From: Octopus bimaculoides
Taxonomy: Eukaryota
Length of the DNA: 64,000 nucleotides
Direction: 5' to 3'
NCBI RefSeq assembly: GCF_001194135.2
Contig: NC_068999.1
Location: 32,891,910-32,955,909, forward strand
Made by a program: the position numbers and the translations under genes. A model generated the notes under the pieces. The model was not told the origin of the DNA. It did no database searches and was given only the letters and a program-made list of their open reading frames with translations. Shown one piece after another: positions 10,660 to 24,415 of the stretch (positions are counted from its first letter, which is position 1; each line of letters opens with the position of its first letter).

Positions 10660-12160
10660 TAAGAGCCATACCTGCCTAACCTCTGGTCAAAGCCTAACAG
10701 CAAATTCCCCCAAGCCATGCGGCCACTGCATCCATCCTAAACAACAGTCCCAAAGCAAAAGAGGCTCACACTAGTCTTCCTTCCACTCCTATGACTTCCC
10801 TCACTCTTCTCCTTTGGACAAGGCTCATTGACTATGCACATGGGTCACTGACCCTATACCTCTGGCCCATCTCAGTCCCACATTCTCCTCTGATCTCAAA
10901 GATCACTCCATCACCTCACTCCTTGTCAAAATCTACCATCCACGTGGGCAGAAGTCTAGCTGTTGTGACCTCTGCAGGGATGGTGCACTGCTTGAATCCT
11001 CCCCTACTTTGTCTTCTAACAAATCGACAATCCTGTGAAAATCCAAGAATTGACACGGCATTCCATCCACAGACATGTTGTGGCATTAAAGGCCACTTTT
11101 ATTCCTTTTCTTCATTGAGATATGCAATGTGCATTTGGGGCGGCTTGACCCAGACTTCATCCCCTAACTGCATGAAAATAGACTCACTCTCTTCAACAAA
11201 TCACTGTTATACTGTACATGGATGTCACTATTCTCTGTGGCACCGACTCTTCAGCCTGTCTTGACCAGAACAACATATACCAAAATACTGCCTCAGTTGG
11301 TGAGATATCTCCCCTCTCCACCATGGCCTTTGATCATGCAGTGGTCTCTCTCCGCAATTCCATTTCCACTTATTGAGCATTTCTTTCAGCACCTTCAAAT
11401 GAAATGCAGTACCATTGTCCATTAGCAATTCATCCACAGGATTCATGCAATTACATCTGCAGTCCCCGTCTTGATTTTGCTCAATTTCACCTTTCACCCT
11501 GGTCCTCAGTCAAAGATTGACAAGTATGTCCCCTGCCGTTTCCATTTGTGTTCCACTGGGATGTTTCCTGCCTCGTGCATACCCATAGCAGGGTCAATGG
11601 ATTGGTACCTGTCACAACTCTTAATGCTCTGTCTAGTAATGTTCGAGTCAACTTTCCTGACTAGGTACAATGTCCTATTCACTCCCATATGACGCATGGT
11701 ATGCAGTCTTCTTAGCTCTGAGTTGTTTTGGCATTGCCAACCAGGCTTTTCTCATCCTGGTTAGCACATCCACAATATTCCTTTCCTTGGGTACAAAGAC
11801 TGCAACCAGGAAGAAATCAAGAAGTTGTTGAAAATTGCTGAAGTTTCTGAAATGTTTCTCTAGACTCAGATCATTCAAACGAAAATAGTTTGTGGTATGA
11901 GGGGAAAAGTGTACTCCACCAACTTCACCTCTCATAACAGCAATCCTTCCTAGCCACCTAACTTCTGGCCAGGACTAAACAACAAATTTTATGGACTCAT
12001 GCGGCCACAGCGTCCATCCCAAGCAACAGCTCCAAATTGAAAGAGGCCCATACTAGACATCCTTCTGCTCACATGACCTCCCTTACTCCTTCCAGCAAGG
12101 CTCCTAAGTCATTTACATGAATTCACTGACCCTATATTTCTGGCCTATCTCAGCCCTACA
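10660..12160 (-). mobile_element. Heavily decayed retroelement-like segment bounded by ~210-bp direct repeats (10670-10880 / 11950-12160)
   Basis: The direct repeats align by eye. Minus-strand peptide AVFVPKERNIVDVLTR loosely resembles an RNase H C-terminal motif. Family uncertain. Confidence 0.4.
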
Positions 12161-14074
12161 TAAATAGTGCATTATTTAGACAATTGCTTATTCTTTGGAC
12201 CTATCTAAATATTTCTTATACATCAAGTCAGTTTATTTTAGGGCAGTGCTCTCCTTCCTTTATAACAACAGACTCTCCCTGACAATAGTAGGCTCTCCTC
12301 AATAACTTCCTGTTTTCCAGTTACCTCCCTTAGATTTAAAGGCTGTGTGTGTGTGTGGATAGATGGAGTGGGGGAGATAAACTAGTTTTTCCAGTTTAAC
12401 ATTCGCTGACTAAACGAAATTCCTCTCTAATTGTATTACTGACTTACTGACTGTGACTTCTTTTTTTTATATTTTACTGCAAATATAAATACAGTCAAAC
12501 GTTCAATGATGTTGCAGAGATTTTACCATAATTTATTAAAACATTCTATTGAACTGGTTTTTCATTGTTTATAGTTTAGTAGGAAGGGTGTTGACCACAG
12601 CTAACACTTAAAGGGAGGTGAGATTTCTTCTTGAAACAGGAAGAGCTGGTTGAAATTGCTACTTTATGAGAGAACTGTTATTATGGAATGAGTGGGAGAA
12701 ATTGGTATAAGATGTTAAGATCTTAACTTTGGAAACAAACACTTGAGTAGTAGCAGTAAAATTGTTTGTTTTGATATTAAAACTACTGAAGTAGCTGGTT
12801 AAGTCTAAATGCAAGATTATCTTAAGGTATGGGCACACTAATCAGTTGCCCAGAGGCCTCACTAGTCTAGGAGCCAAGTGCATTGATTTGCTTGGAGGTG
12901 CTTATGAAGCTGCTAAGACAGTTTTGACTAAATGACATGACAATCCATTATTGGCAGATGCCTTGACAGTCTGTTGCTGGTAGATGGCATGACAGTGAGG
13001 TTAAGTGTTTGTGAAGAATCACTATTACTAGCTCTATCTATAGCAGACTCCTGGTTAATTTTTTTGGTGATAAGGATCCAGTAATGAGAAGAAAACGTCA
13101 AACAATTGATAGAATTGGTAAAGTGGTGGATGAAATTACAGCAGGATATTTGGTTGAATCAGAAGAGTAGCACCTAAAATTCTTTGCAGTATTTGTGTTA
13201 AAATCTCATTGAGGTCATTTGTACTTTCCATCCTTTTGATTTGATAAAATAAAGTACCAGTCATTGTCCTGGGTTCAATTAATCAACTATACTCCTAAAT
13301 GAGTGATTAGATGTAACTTTTACAGTTCTTGTTATTTTGGTGGTGGTTTATCAGAATGAGTACAGGAGTGAAAAAAAGTGTCTTAGAGTATTTAGTTATG
13401 GTGCTTGACATTCTGAGTTCAAATCCTTCCAAAGTTATCTTTGACTTTCATCGTTCTGATGTTAATGAATTACTAGTTGCATAACGTTACTCAAATAAGT
13501 ACCAGTGATGTACTAAGTTCAATAAACTGGTTGAACCTTGTCTCCAAAATTTCTGTCTCACTGATTGATTAGCAGTCATTTGAGTTTAAATGTTGCTCTG
13601 GTCATCTTTGCTTTTCATCATTCTGTTCAACAAAATAAAATACCAATCAAAATACTAGGGTTGATTTAAAGGACTAACTCCTTCCAAATTTCTTTTCCTA
13701 AATTTCAGGCATTGTTCCCATGTTGGAATTATTATTAGTGTTGAGGACTGGTAGAATTATTATAAGGACAGCTGGTTAGTTAAAGTGCCTGTCAACAAAT
13801 GGGAATACTGAATGCTATCAGGTGATTAACTAGCAATGATAGTGTCTGTTAGCAGGTGGTAATAATGTTGTTTCTCTTGAGAGGTGGAGGTTATAGCAGT
13901 TGATAATAGCAAGTGGCAATAATGTTTATTAACATATGATGTTAGTGGTAGATAACAGGTAGTACTAGTAACTATTAACAAGCAATGACAATGATTTTCT
14001 CAACAAGCTGGCAATAATGTCTGTTAATAGTTGGTACTGGTGTTAGCACTTGACACCAGGCTTTTATTATTATT

Positions 14075-14269
14075 ATAAAAGTTGCAAGCTGGTAGAATGA
14101 AAATGCCTTGTGGTATTTCTTTTAGCTCTTTATATTCTAGGTTCAAATTCTGCTGAAGCTGGCTTTGCCTTTTATTCTTTCAAAGTCAATAAAATAAGTA
14201 CCAGCTGAATACTGGGGTCGATGTAAATGATATACCCCACCCTACTCCTTAAAATTACTGGCAATGAGC

Positions 14270-14314
<45 letters not shown>

Positions 14315-14660
14315 GGCAGCTAACTAGTGGAACCATTAGCATGTCAGGAAAAAATGCCTAGTGGCATTTCTTCTGTCTTTATATTCTGAGTTTAAATTCT
14401 GCCATGGTTGACTTTGCCTTTCATCTTTTTGGGGTTGATAAAATAAGTACCAGTTGATTACTGGGGTGAATGTAATCAACTCTTTCATTCCCCTTTATAA
14501 AATTTCAGGCTTTGCACCTGTAGTAGAAAAACTGATTATTATTGATTTTGCCTTTCATCCTTTTGGAGTTGATAAAATAAAGTACTAGCCAAGTACTGAG
14601 GTCAATATAATTGACTGTTCCCCTCCTTTTAACTTGCTAGCTTTGTGTCACAATTTGAAA
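14075..14660 (+). mobile_element. Train of family-A SINE copies with an (ATT)n microsatellite at 14272-14312
   Basis: Same unit as 3678-4475. Confidence 0.8.
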
Positions 14661-16489
14661 CCATTATTATTATTACTTATTGATATGCATGTCTGTTATC
14701 TTAATGTATGCTATTGTCTCAGCCTGCATGTGCACTGCTTTGTGATATATACACAATGCTTACCCCCAGAGCTGCTTATGGCTAAGAGGTTTTTTAAATT
14801 CTTTTTATCTTATACCAATTTTCAAATTAAACAATATACTTATGTTAATGATATTTTAAAGGATCAAAACTTCATTGAGCCTTGACCAAAAGGTTATTTC
14901 TCAATGTTATTAAGAATGAAAGAGCATAAGCTGTGGTAACATTTACCCAAACATACTGTGTCACATAAGATAAATGACAATGTTTACTGCTGTAGTATGT
15001 GTTTGGAGGGTACATTTAATTAATGCTCAGTTTAATGTCACCTCTTGGTTCTTGGGTACCTTTAGTGGGGGCCTGTTCTGCAGATAATGAATAACTTCCT
15101 CTCGCCAGTTATAGCAGCCCTAAATAGAAAGATAATGAACATTGTATTTCTTTGTCCAACTTAGTAATTAAAAGGTAATTATTTAGAATTAATGTCTGAA
15201 TATATTTAAAACTAGCTTGAAAGCTGCACTCCATGTGGACTTCTAAGCTAGCTTCTGCAGAGGGCTAATTGGACCTATGACTCAAAACTAAAGAGAGCAA
15301 TAAAGCATTTATTAGTGCCCTACCAATATGGTATTACTTTAAATTCAGTTTAAAGGAAAAACTTTTATAAGTTCACAAATTTTTAGAGTTCTTTTAAAAT
15401 CTGAATTTTCATCTGTTAGCATATAATAAATCCTCATCCAGACCTGATCCCAATGCTGGATGTCAAGAACCAAATGAAGAGCAGATTTTCAATCTCAAGA
15501 TCATCCTGATTCCAAAAGGTATTATATGTCTATGTAGAGTAAATGTAGACTCAGTTACAGGGGTCCTGGATGGATGGGCAGACAGAATTTTACTTTTATT
15601 ATAATAGATATAATACTATGTCTAAGATGTATTTTACATACAATGTAACAATAATATATCTACAATAAATTTAGCATAAAACAATATGTCAACAATAGGG
15701 TTAACTTGATATGTAGGTGCAACCATAGCTATGTGGATATGGAATTTATTTTGTACCAACTGGTCTTCAGTTCTATAACCTAAGACCAACCAATGTTTTG
15801 TGAGCAGAATTGGTAGACAAGTCTGTATGAAAGCCCTACGTAAGGATTTGCAATATAAGGTATCTAGTTGTAAAACAATGGCTTAATGTATTCACCCACC
15901 TCATGCTAGTATGTAAAAATAGACTTAAAGCACATAAATGGACTTATAGAGCAAATAGTAACATGTTTACAATATATTCTATGAAAAAAAATGTTATTGA
16001 AATTAAACCTCAAATATTTTTAGAAGAATTTAGGACATCAGCTCGGTGACACTGTCTTCACAAGCTTGTTGGTTCTTTCTATATGTTATGACTAGATTTC
16101 TGCTTGAAGAAGTAAGCTACAAACTCACAAAACATGTCACTAAGTTGTAACCGTTCTTGTTGAAATATGTTGTTGGTATGACACCAGTATCATCATATTT
16201 GGTTACTAGTCTTACATTTTATTTTAATTACTTTATAATTTTTATAAATCTGAAATATATTTTCATAACCTGAGAAGTTTATAAAACATGCACCAAAACA
16301 TCTGTTTAATTTTATATTATACAGTTTATTATATGTGAACTTCAGTGATTTATTTGTACTCAGTGACAAGCAGCATACAGTAAGAAGTCAGTTTAGGTAT
16401 GAGGTCTTTTGACTTACCTTTTCTCTTTCTAGGAAGTTAATAAAATAAAGTTCCAGTCATAAACTGGAGCCAATATTAACTTCATCGTT

Positions 16490-16705
16490 AAGGCAGTGAG
16501 CTGGTAGAATCATTATCATACCAGGCAAAATGCTTAGCGTTTTTTTTATCTGTCTTCACATTCTGAGTTAAAATTTCACTGATGTCAACTTTGCCTTTCA
16601 TCCTTCCGGGTTCGATTAAATAAGTACCAGTTGAACACTGGGGTTGATGTAATTGACTTACCCCCAAAAACTGCTGCCCTTGTGCCAAAATTTGAAATCA
16701 ATATT
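16490..16705 (+). mobile_element. Family-A SINE, well preserved
   Basis: ggcagtgagctggtagaatc...cttccggggttcgattaaataagtaccag. Confidence 0.85.
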
Positions 16706-17335
16706 AACTACATTGTCTTCATAATTGAAAGCCTTTTGCCTTTATCAAAAATCGATAGTAATGTAAGTTATGTATGAGAAAGTTTATATATCTACAGTGG
16801 TTTGCTATCTAGGGTCAAATGGGACCATAGGGAAAGAATCAACTAACCTCGTTTCCAAAGAAAATAATGCATCATGGAATTTTTACCAAACCAATTGACA
16901 ACCAAGGCATGATGGGATTTGCATGTATTATGAATCAAAAACTGCAATAAACTGCATGCAGCTTTGCAAACATGGACAAACTCACCTATTATTATTTAAA
17001 ATTTCAATCTAAATTTTTTTTGTATCATTTATTATGTTTCTTTCTTCTTTTACTATCATATTTTAAAAAAATTTATTTTTATTATTACTTTTTAAATTTC
17101 TTAAATTTTTTTCATACATTTTCTTTTAAATTCTTTTTGTTTCTTTTTTCATATTGGAAATTTGCTGCACATGTTTGGTTTCATGTACTAGTTCCATGAT
17201 TCACAACCGTTATTGAAACTGGATTTTAAACTCTGCATCGTGTCATCCGATAAAATTCATACCAGATTCTAAATTTACAACTTTACGTACACACACACAC
17301 ATATATATATATATATAAATGTTATNNNNNNNNNN

Positions 17336-17371
<36 letters not shown>

Positions 17372-17694
17372 ACATTTTTTAAATATATATTTTACAAAGA
17401 AAGTTGTAATAATCTTTAACCAATTATTCTTTTACTAAATTCTTCTATTTTTATCTGTTATCCAAAATATTTAATTCAAGAATGTTATGGTACACACTTT
17501 ACTTTTTCCCTTAGATTTTTTTTTTTTCCTTTCATCTTTCTGGAAAACTCGGTGCTTCTTTTGGTCTTTTCATCCTTTGCTTGCCATTTTCTCTTTAATC
17601 CCTGCTGCAAGCAGATTATTCACTATTGGTTGTATATACTACTATCAAAAATGCGTGTGCATGTATATGTATCCATGTGTGTTTGTGTGTGCGC

Positions 17695-17729
<35 letters not shown>

Positions 17730-18421
17730 CACATAAACATGACACGTACTTATGCATTATCACACTCTCTTACTATTTTGTTATTTTGGCTTTCCTTTTC
17801 TTTCCATTGTTCTTTGTAAGCCTCTCTCCTTCTCTCATACACACACTTCAACACTCTTTTTAAGGTTTATATCTTTTCCTCTCCTGTATCTTTTCTCTCT
17901 TCACCTCTCTTTCTACTTCTCATTCTTTCAGTGTCTTTCTTTCACTTTCTTCCAATGCTATACTTACCCCATCAATCTCACCCTCCCTCCCATTATTTCT
18001 CTTCCACAAAAACCCACTGCCTGTTTCTCTTCCCTTCTCTCCCCCCTCAACCTTTTGCCTCCTTTCTTCGTTCTCTCTTTCCTTCCTTCCAACAGTGCTC
18101 AATAACAATCTGCTATCCTCAAAGATTTCATTTTATATTTTGTAGAATTTCGTCCAATGAACCCTTATTGTGTGCATATAATACAATACTAATGTGTTCA
18201 CATACAGTATGTGTGTATGTGTGTGTAATGATTAAGTGAAATACACAATGATGTTATTAGTTTTCACATACAAAATATGAATTGTAGAATGATATAAAAT
18301 ATAGAAACTCAGACTTCACTAAATCAACTCAAACATTTGCCATTCACTTCATTAGGCAGTATTGCCTGATGAGCTGGAAGGGGAAACTTGGCCACACTCT
18401 TGAAGCTTCAGCTTCTATTAA

Positions 18422-18641
18422 CCCTTTAGCATTCAGATCACTCTGTCAAATGTAACGCTTATTTCTTCACATTCCTTTGAATTAATTATGCATTATCTTG
18501 TGACTTTGAGGATTTTGTGACATGATTGTTTATTTCTAGAATAATACTGTAAAGTAAGTGCGAGAGGCCAGATTTGGCCAGTTTGAACATAAAACTGAAA
18601 TAATATTTTGGCCAGATATGGCTGGTTAAAATGCTAAAGGG
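18422..18641. mobile_element. piggyBac-like MITE (TTAA TSD; TIR CCCTTTAGCATT / AATGCTAAAGGG)
   Basis: TTAA at 18418-18421 and 18642-18645; perfect 12-bp TIR; homologous copies elsewhere. Confidence 0.9.
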
Positions 18642-19280
18642 TTAAATTACTCACTCAAACACACACACACACACATAACTGGGTTTTATTTTATCAGTTT
18701 GTTTTATCTAAATAGTGATGTAGTATTTTTGAAGGGTATCTAAAAAATAATAGGAACAATACTCTGCACCTCATTACTTTGGCACACAGCAACACACCTC
18801 CCTACAATGCCACACTAAGCTGCACTACACCAACGCCTCACTGCAATGTCTCAGTACACAAACATCACACATAACACTTAACCGCACTACAACACTACAT
18901 TACCTAAAGCTGCAATGCCATAATTATGCAAGACATCTCACTAACATTATCCTATACCACGTTTACCACAGTTTTCTACTACTGCTAAGTGGGGTTTTTA
19001 ACCTCTCCCTCTCCCTCCTTATCACCAGGTCCCTTTCCATTATTGTAATATTGTTCTTTTGTAAACATCCACTAATAATGACTTCTGCAAACACCACTAC
19101 CCTTCGAAGAACTGACCACTTACACTTCTATCCAGTAAAGGAATGCTGTCTCTACTAATCCCTAGGTTGTGACCTAATTGCTGTTGAATGACCTGATGGA
19201 CTCACCTGTTCCATACCCAGCTTTTAATTGGTGTCAGATGCTTAAACAGATAACATTTTAGTATCCGTTATTGTTTAGCC

Positions 19281-19471
19281 CAGTGGTTCTCAACTGTTTT
19301 TTGCGTGTGGAGTCAGTTGATTCCTGTTTCACTCATAATCCTTCGATGTTTAGAAAATTGTTAAAATATTTTGTCTACTGTAGAATTAAAACCAATTTAT
19401 TACAGATAAGTTTCAACAACAAAATTTTATATGGACCCGCAAGGGTCACATGGAGTCATTAAGAACCACTG
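19281..19471. mobile_element. hAT (Charlie-like) MITE, 191 bp
   Basis: Ends CAGTGGTTCT...AGAACCACTG; exact 8-bp TSD GTTTAGCC at 19273-19280 and 19472-19479. Confidence 0.9.
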
Positions 19472-19684
19472 GTTTAGCCGAAAGTCAGTCTTTTCTTCTT
19501 TTTTTTTAACACACCATTTAATCAGGACAGCGCACATGACCTTTTTACAGAGAGGGAAGAAAGGAGGAAATTATCTCAAACCAGAAACCTGGCCTGTGTG
19601 TTTGTAACAGTTACTTAAGGACCATGTAGTGATGTTAAACAGGTCAATAACACCAAGCAAATATGTGCATTCCACCCTAAACAA

Positions 19685-19900
19685 TTTGGCTTAGTGGTTA
19701 GGGTGTTGGACCCATCATGATTGCAAGATTGTGGTCTCGATTCCTGGACTGGGTGATGCATTGTGTTCTTGAGCAAAACACTTCATCTCATGTTGCTTCA
19801 ATCCACTCAGCTGGTAAAAAAAAATCCTGTGACAGACCAGCATTCTGTCCAAGGAGGAATATATACACCAGAGAAACCAGAAAACCGGCCCTATGCTTCT
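19685..19900 (+). mobile_element. tRNA-derived SINE with a V-domain-like core
   Basis: ggcttagtggttagggtg head; tcgattcc B-box-like; cctgtgacagaccagcattctgtccaaggagg resembles the V-SINE central motif. Confidence 0.6.
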
Positions 19901-20519
19901 TATGGAGTCATGTAGACTAACCACCCATGACCATTCCATCTTTTTTTAATTTAGATATAGTGCCTCTACAACTACATTGCTATGATGTAGTGTGCTGTGG
20001 TCATTGTTTAGACCCAGATCAGCCGCAAAAGCTGTATGTAAGGATAAACTATCTAATATATCCTTTTTTATTTATTTTTATTTATTTTTTTATTTTTTTA
20101 TTTGCAAGATTAAAAGATGTAATTTAAGGGAAAATTTGCAGCTATTTTTATTTTAGTCATGTAGAGGATCCTTCATTGTCTATGAGCATTTCAACATCAA
20201 TAGTGTTAGAAGTTAAGGTAGCAAGGGACAGGTTTTAGCCTTATTAAACATTTTTGTTGGTAAAGGCAGTTCTCTCAAGCCTGGATTCATCAGTGATCAT
20301 AGATTTTTAAAAGTCAAAAAAAAAAAAATGTTATGAAGAATGTTGGAACTTTAAGATGTTAGTCACTCTGTTACCAAACTCTGTTACACCTGGTTGTATT
20401 TGAGAAAAAGGACATATTGGCTAATGTTTTCAGAAGCACATTATGTCTTTATAATATAAACAGGTTGGTCATAATTGGAAAACTTTTAATCATAGGTCTT
20501 TTCAGTCAGAGTCAACTTG

Positions 20520-20790
20520 TGTTTATACTACACTGCACAGAACACAATATCACAATCAGCAGCAACACTACACTGCAATACATTGCACCATAATATGCAA
20601 GACACTGCAGCATGCCATACCACACTGCACTACAAGAGACACTGCAATTTGTTACTACACCACAGTGCACTGCAATAAGACACTATACCATACCGCAAGG
20701 GACACAATATCACTTTATATCATAGTGCTACAAGTCACGATACTACCCCATACTGCAACAGATGCTATACCACACCACACAATGCATCTT
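20520..20790. repeat. Degenerate pentanucleotide array (CACTG/CACTA/CACAA)n; similar tract at 18781-18960
   Basis: Repeated acactgca/actacac at 5-nt periodicity. Confidence 0.65.
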
Positions 20791-22517
20791 TGCATGAAAC
20801 ACTACATTATGGAATTTATTTAGAATACAACTTCATAGAAACTGCTGTCTTTGATCAGTAATAATCTCCGTCCTTACATTCTAACAAGTTTGGAATCACC
20901 GTTTTTTCAATAACAACATATGTTTCTTTGAAAATCAAAAAAGTTTTAAAAATACGTTTTGATATTTCTAATTTTTCTAATGTCTTTTTCATTCCTTTAT
21001 CTTCAATTAATTATCTTTTGTTTATGATCCTTGTTAAAATTCCTCTCATTAAAACTAATATTAAAATTTACATTGTCGTCAAGGAAACATTAATTAGGGT
21101 GGGCCACTTTCCTCCATCAGGTTATTTCTCTCGCATTATGAAGCATTCTTTGTTGCCAGCTAAAATCACCTAGAAGCTTCTGAAAGTGAAAATTTCACCA
21201 GTATGCCTGAAGGTGCTTACAACAATGAGTGCATCTTGATGTGGTTTGCTGCTGCATACAATTGGTTGCCAATGGTAACCAGTTGATGACCAATACTGAC
21301 TCTGTGATTAATTATTAAAAATGTTTATTGTTTATGAGCAAATCATTGCTGATAATATTTATTTCTGCAACTTACAAGTGTTATGGCACTTTTACTCGTT
21401 ACTGATGATGTTCATATTACATAAGCAAGTAATTACCGTCATTATTTGTCTCTATAGCAGTAGGTTTTACTGTTGTGTTTATTGGATATAATATATCGCT
21501 GTAACCAACTGATTAATTAAAGCATCTGTTAACACATGGAAATAGTGAATGTTATCAGGTGAAAATGTCTGTTAAGCGGTGGTAGTAATATCTCTTTTGA
21601 GAGGTGAAGATGTTTGTGGTTGATGCCGTGTGGCAATAATGCCTGATAACATGTAGCAATAATGTCTATTAACATGTGGTGTTAGTGGTAGATAACAGAT
21701 AGTGTTAATAACTATGAACAGGTGATGACAATGATTTTCTCAACAAGATGGCAGTAATGTCTGTTAACAGTTGGTGCTGGCTTTACACTAACCTTCATTA
21801 TTATTATTATTACCTAGAGCACCCAAACCATCAATAATGACAGAGTTATTGTTGAGAAAGTTGCCTAATGAAACTTGATAATTAGAGGATGAGAAAGTAA
21901 ATAAAAATGTCAAAATAAGAGGAAAATAAAATTATATCTATCACCTGCAAAATACTATACAGGCATGATTCACTGCAGAAGTTCATGAAAAACAACAATT
22001 TTTGTATAAACATGAGGACACACTAACACTCCTTGGCTTTTTGAATTTTCAGTTTGTAATTTCCAGCAAATAAGTGGAGATCTTGTTTGAAAATTTAGAG
22101 AAGGATTTTTATTGGTCTTGGAACTATTTGGGCTATAATAATGATGAACTCTCTTATAAACGTTGCAATATACAGCAGATAATCAAAATTTAGGAATACT
22201 AAAACAATAGTCAAGTATTAAGGAAGCAGAATGAACTTTCAAATACAAAAGACAAACACAACAACTAAATAGAGATGATATTGCAGCAAAAAGTAGAAAT
22301 GCTGTTGGTTAACTGAGAAAAGTTCAAATTGTTTCATTAAGCATTATGAGACAAATACAAAAAAATAAACAAAACAACTCTGGCTTGTGTCGAATGATTT
22401 AGAAAGCGAATCTTATAAAGTGGAACAAATTCAACAGTTTCAAACACTAAAGTGTTACTCACAAAAAAAAAGAAGCATATATACAGAGATATGTAGTGTA
22501 TTAGATATTGATTATTA

Positions 22518-22945
22518 TTCAAGGTGGTAAGCTGGCAGAATTGTTAGCATGCCAGACAAAAATGCATAGTGGCATTTCATCTGTCTCTACAAATTGAGTT
22601 AAAATTCCACTGAGGTTGACTTTGCCTTTCATCCTTTCAAATTTGATGAAAAAAGTACCAGTTAAGCACTGGAGTCAATGTAATCGACTTACCCCTCCCC
22701 TCAAACTTTCAGGCCTTGTGCTTATAGTAAAGACTACTATTATTATTATCATTATTATTAAGGCATTGGACAAAACACTTAGTGGTATTTCTTACAGCTC
22801 TTTACATCCTGAGTTCAAATCCTGCCAAAGTCAACCTTACCTTTCATTCTTTTTGATTGCATGAGCACCTGTCAAGTACTGGGTGGATGTAACTGACATG
22901 CCCTCTTCCCTCAAAATTGCTGGCCTCGTGCCAAAATTAGAAAAA
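22518..22945 (+). mobile_element. Tandem family-A SINE copies
   Basis: Same unit as above. Confidence 0.8.
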
Positions 22946-24285
22946 AACACTTGTTAATGGTGGTAGATTAACAAAGTTGGTATTGTCTGGCAGTATTTAC
23001 TTATGGCACTTTATGTACCAGGTTCAGTTCTTGCCAAGGTTGTCTTTGTTCTTCATATCTTTAGGGTGACAAATACAATGTAGTATTGGAGTCAGTTTAA
23101 TTAACTACAGCCTCTTCCTCTACTTTACATTTCTTCAATGTTCCTTATGTCTAGATTAGAAATTATCACAACTGTTGTTCTTGTCTGATGTTTTGGAAAC
23201 ATCTTAAATATTATCAAAATTAATGTATTGTAAAAAAACTTCTTTCCTTATTTTTGTATCATTGAAGGAATAATAAATAATGCTAATCTAGTTGTTGTTG
23301 CATATGGATATATAAAGCTACTCTTCACTACCACCCTACTCCCATTCCCATGTCATGTGCCTCCTTTTATCTTCACATAGTAATTGTAGATCAAGGAAGG
23401 TAATTTCAAATTGTAAATGTTACAAAATAGAAACAGGTTGTGAACTCCATCACCCACTTCATAAGACAATAAAGTGTTTTGCATTGGGAGGAAATCTGAG
23501 ACAAGATTTAATTAGTTCTTTGGGGAAGAGTCAACTGTTCTGTTAAAAGATAAGCTGGTCTTGAGAATTGAATTATGACGCTATTGAAATTACTACTGAA
23601 TAAAAATTACTAATGTATAAAATAAACTAACCAAGAAAGTTTATTAAAATATCATTTATAGCTTCCATGTTCCAATTCCCTTCAACTATTTCATTTTGTC
23701 TACCTCTCTGTGCCATTGAGAGAGGCATGAATGTCACACTCTTAATTACACCTTCCCTTTATCTCTTCTGTAAAACACTTTTGTACATTATCAGAAGGCA
23801 GTGACTGTGAATTGAAACCTTTTCAAAGCCATCATGTAGTATATTTTAGTCAAGACACAATACACACATGTACCTCTATCTATAACTCACTGTCCTAGTT
23901 ACAAAATAGGTGATACTCTTTCAACTTAAGTAGTCAGGCATAAAATTGAAATATTTGTTACAATAATTCATATACAAATATATACATTTTCACACTCATT
24001 TGGCCTACAACAGCAGGAAAAATACATGTAAACTTAGGAACCTAAGAAAAGAACAAAACAGTTTTTTTTATTTTTTTATTTCTTTAATTAACAGAAAGTG
24101 ATTCCTAATTTCCAACTTCAATGTCCCTGACTGTGATATGTTTACATACCTTTCTGAGTTAGTTACAATAGAATTTATAAAATGATAGTGGAATGTTTTT
24201 ATAGAAAACTTACAAAGTTAACATTTTGAATGAACAGTCATAAAATGGCTATGGATATGTCCGTTGTGGTTGCTTTTTGATTTAA

Positions 24286-24415
24286 CCTTTAGCACACTGA
24301 GGGCAAATCACATCACCATACGAGTTTTCTCCCTTCTCAATGCGACACAATGTGTCTGCAGCTACAGGGGAGAAGACTTGTACAGTGACATGATTGACAT
24401 TTAGCATGCTAAAGG
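24286..24415. mobile_element. Second TTAA-flanked MITE (130 bp; TIR CCTTTAGCA / TGCTAAAGG) with a different interior
   Basis: TTAA at 24282-24285 and 24416-24419. Confidence 0.75.
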
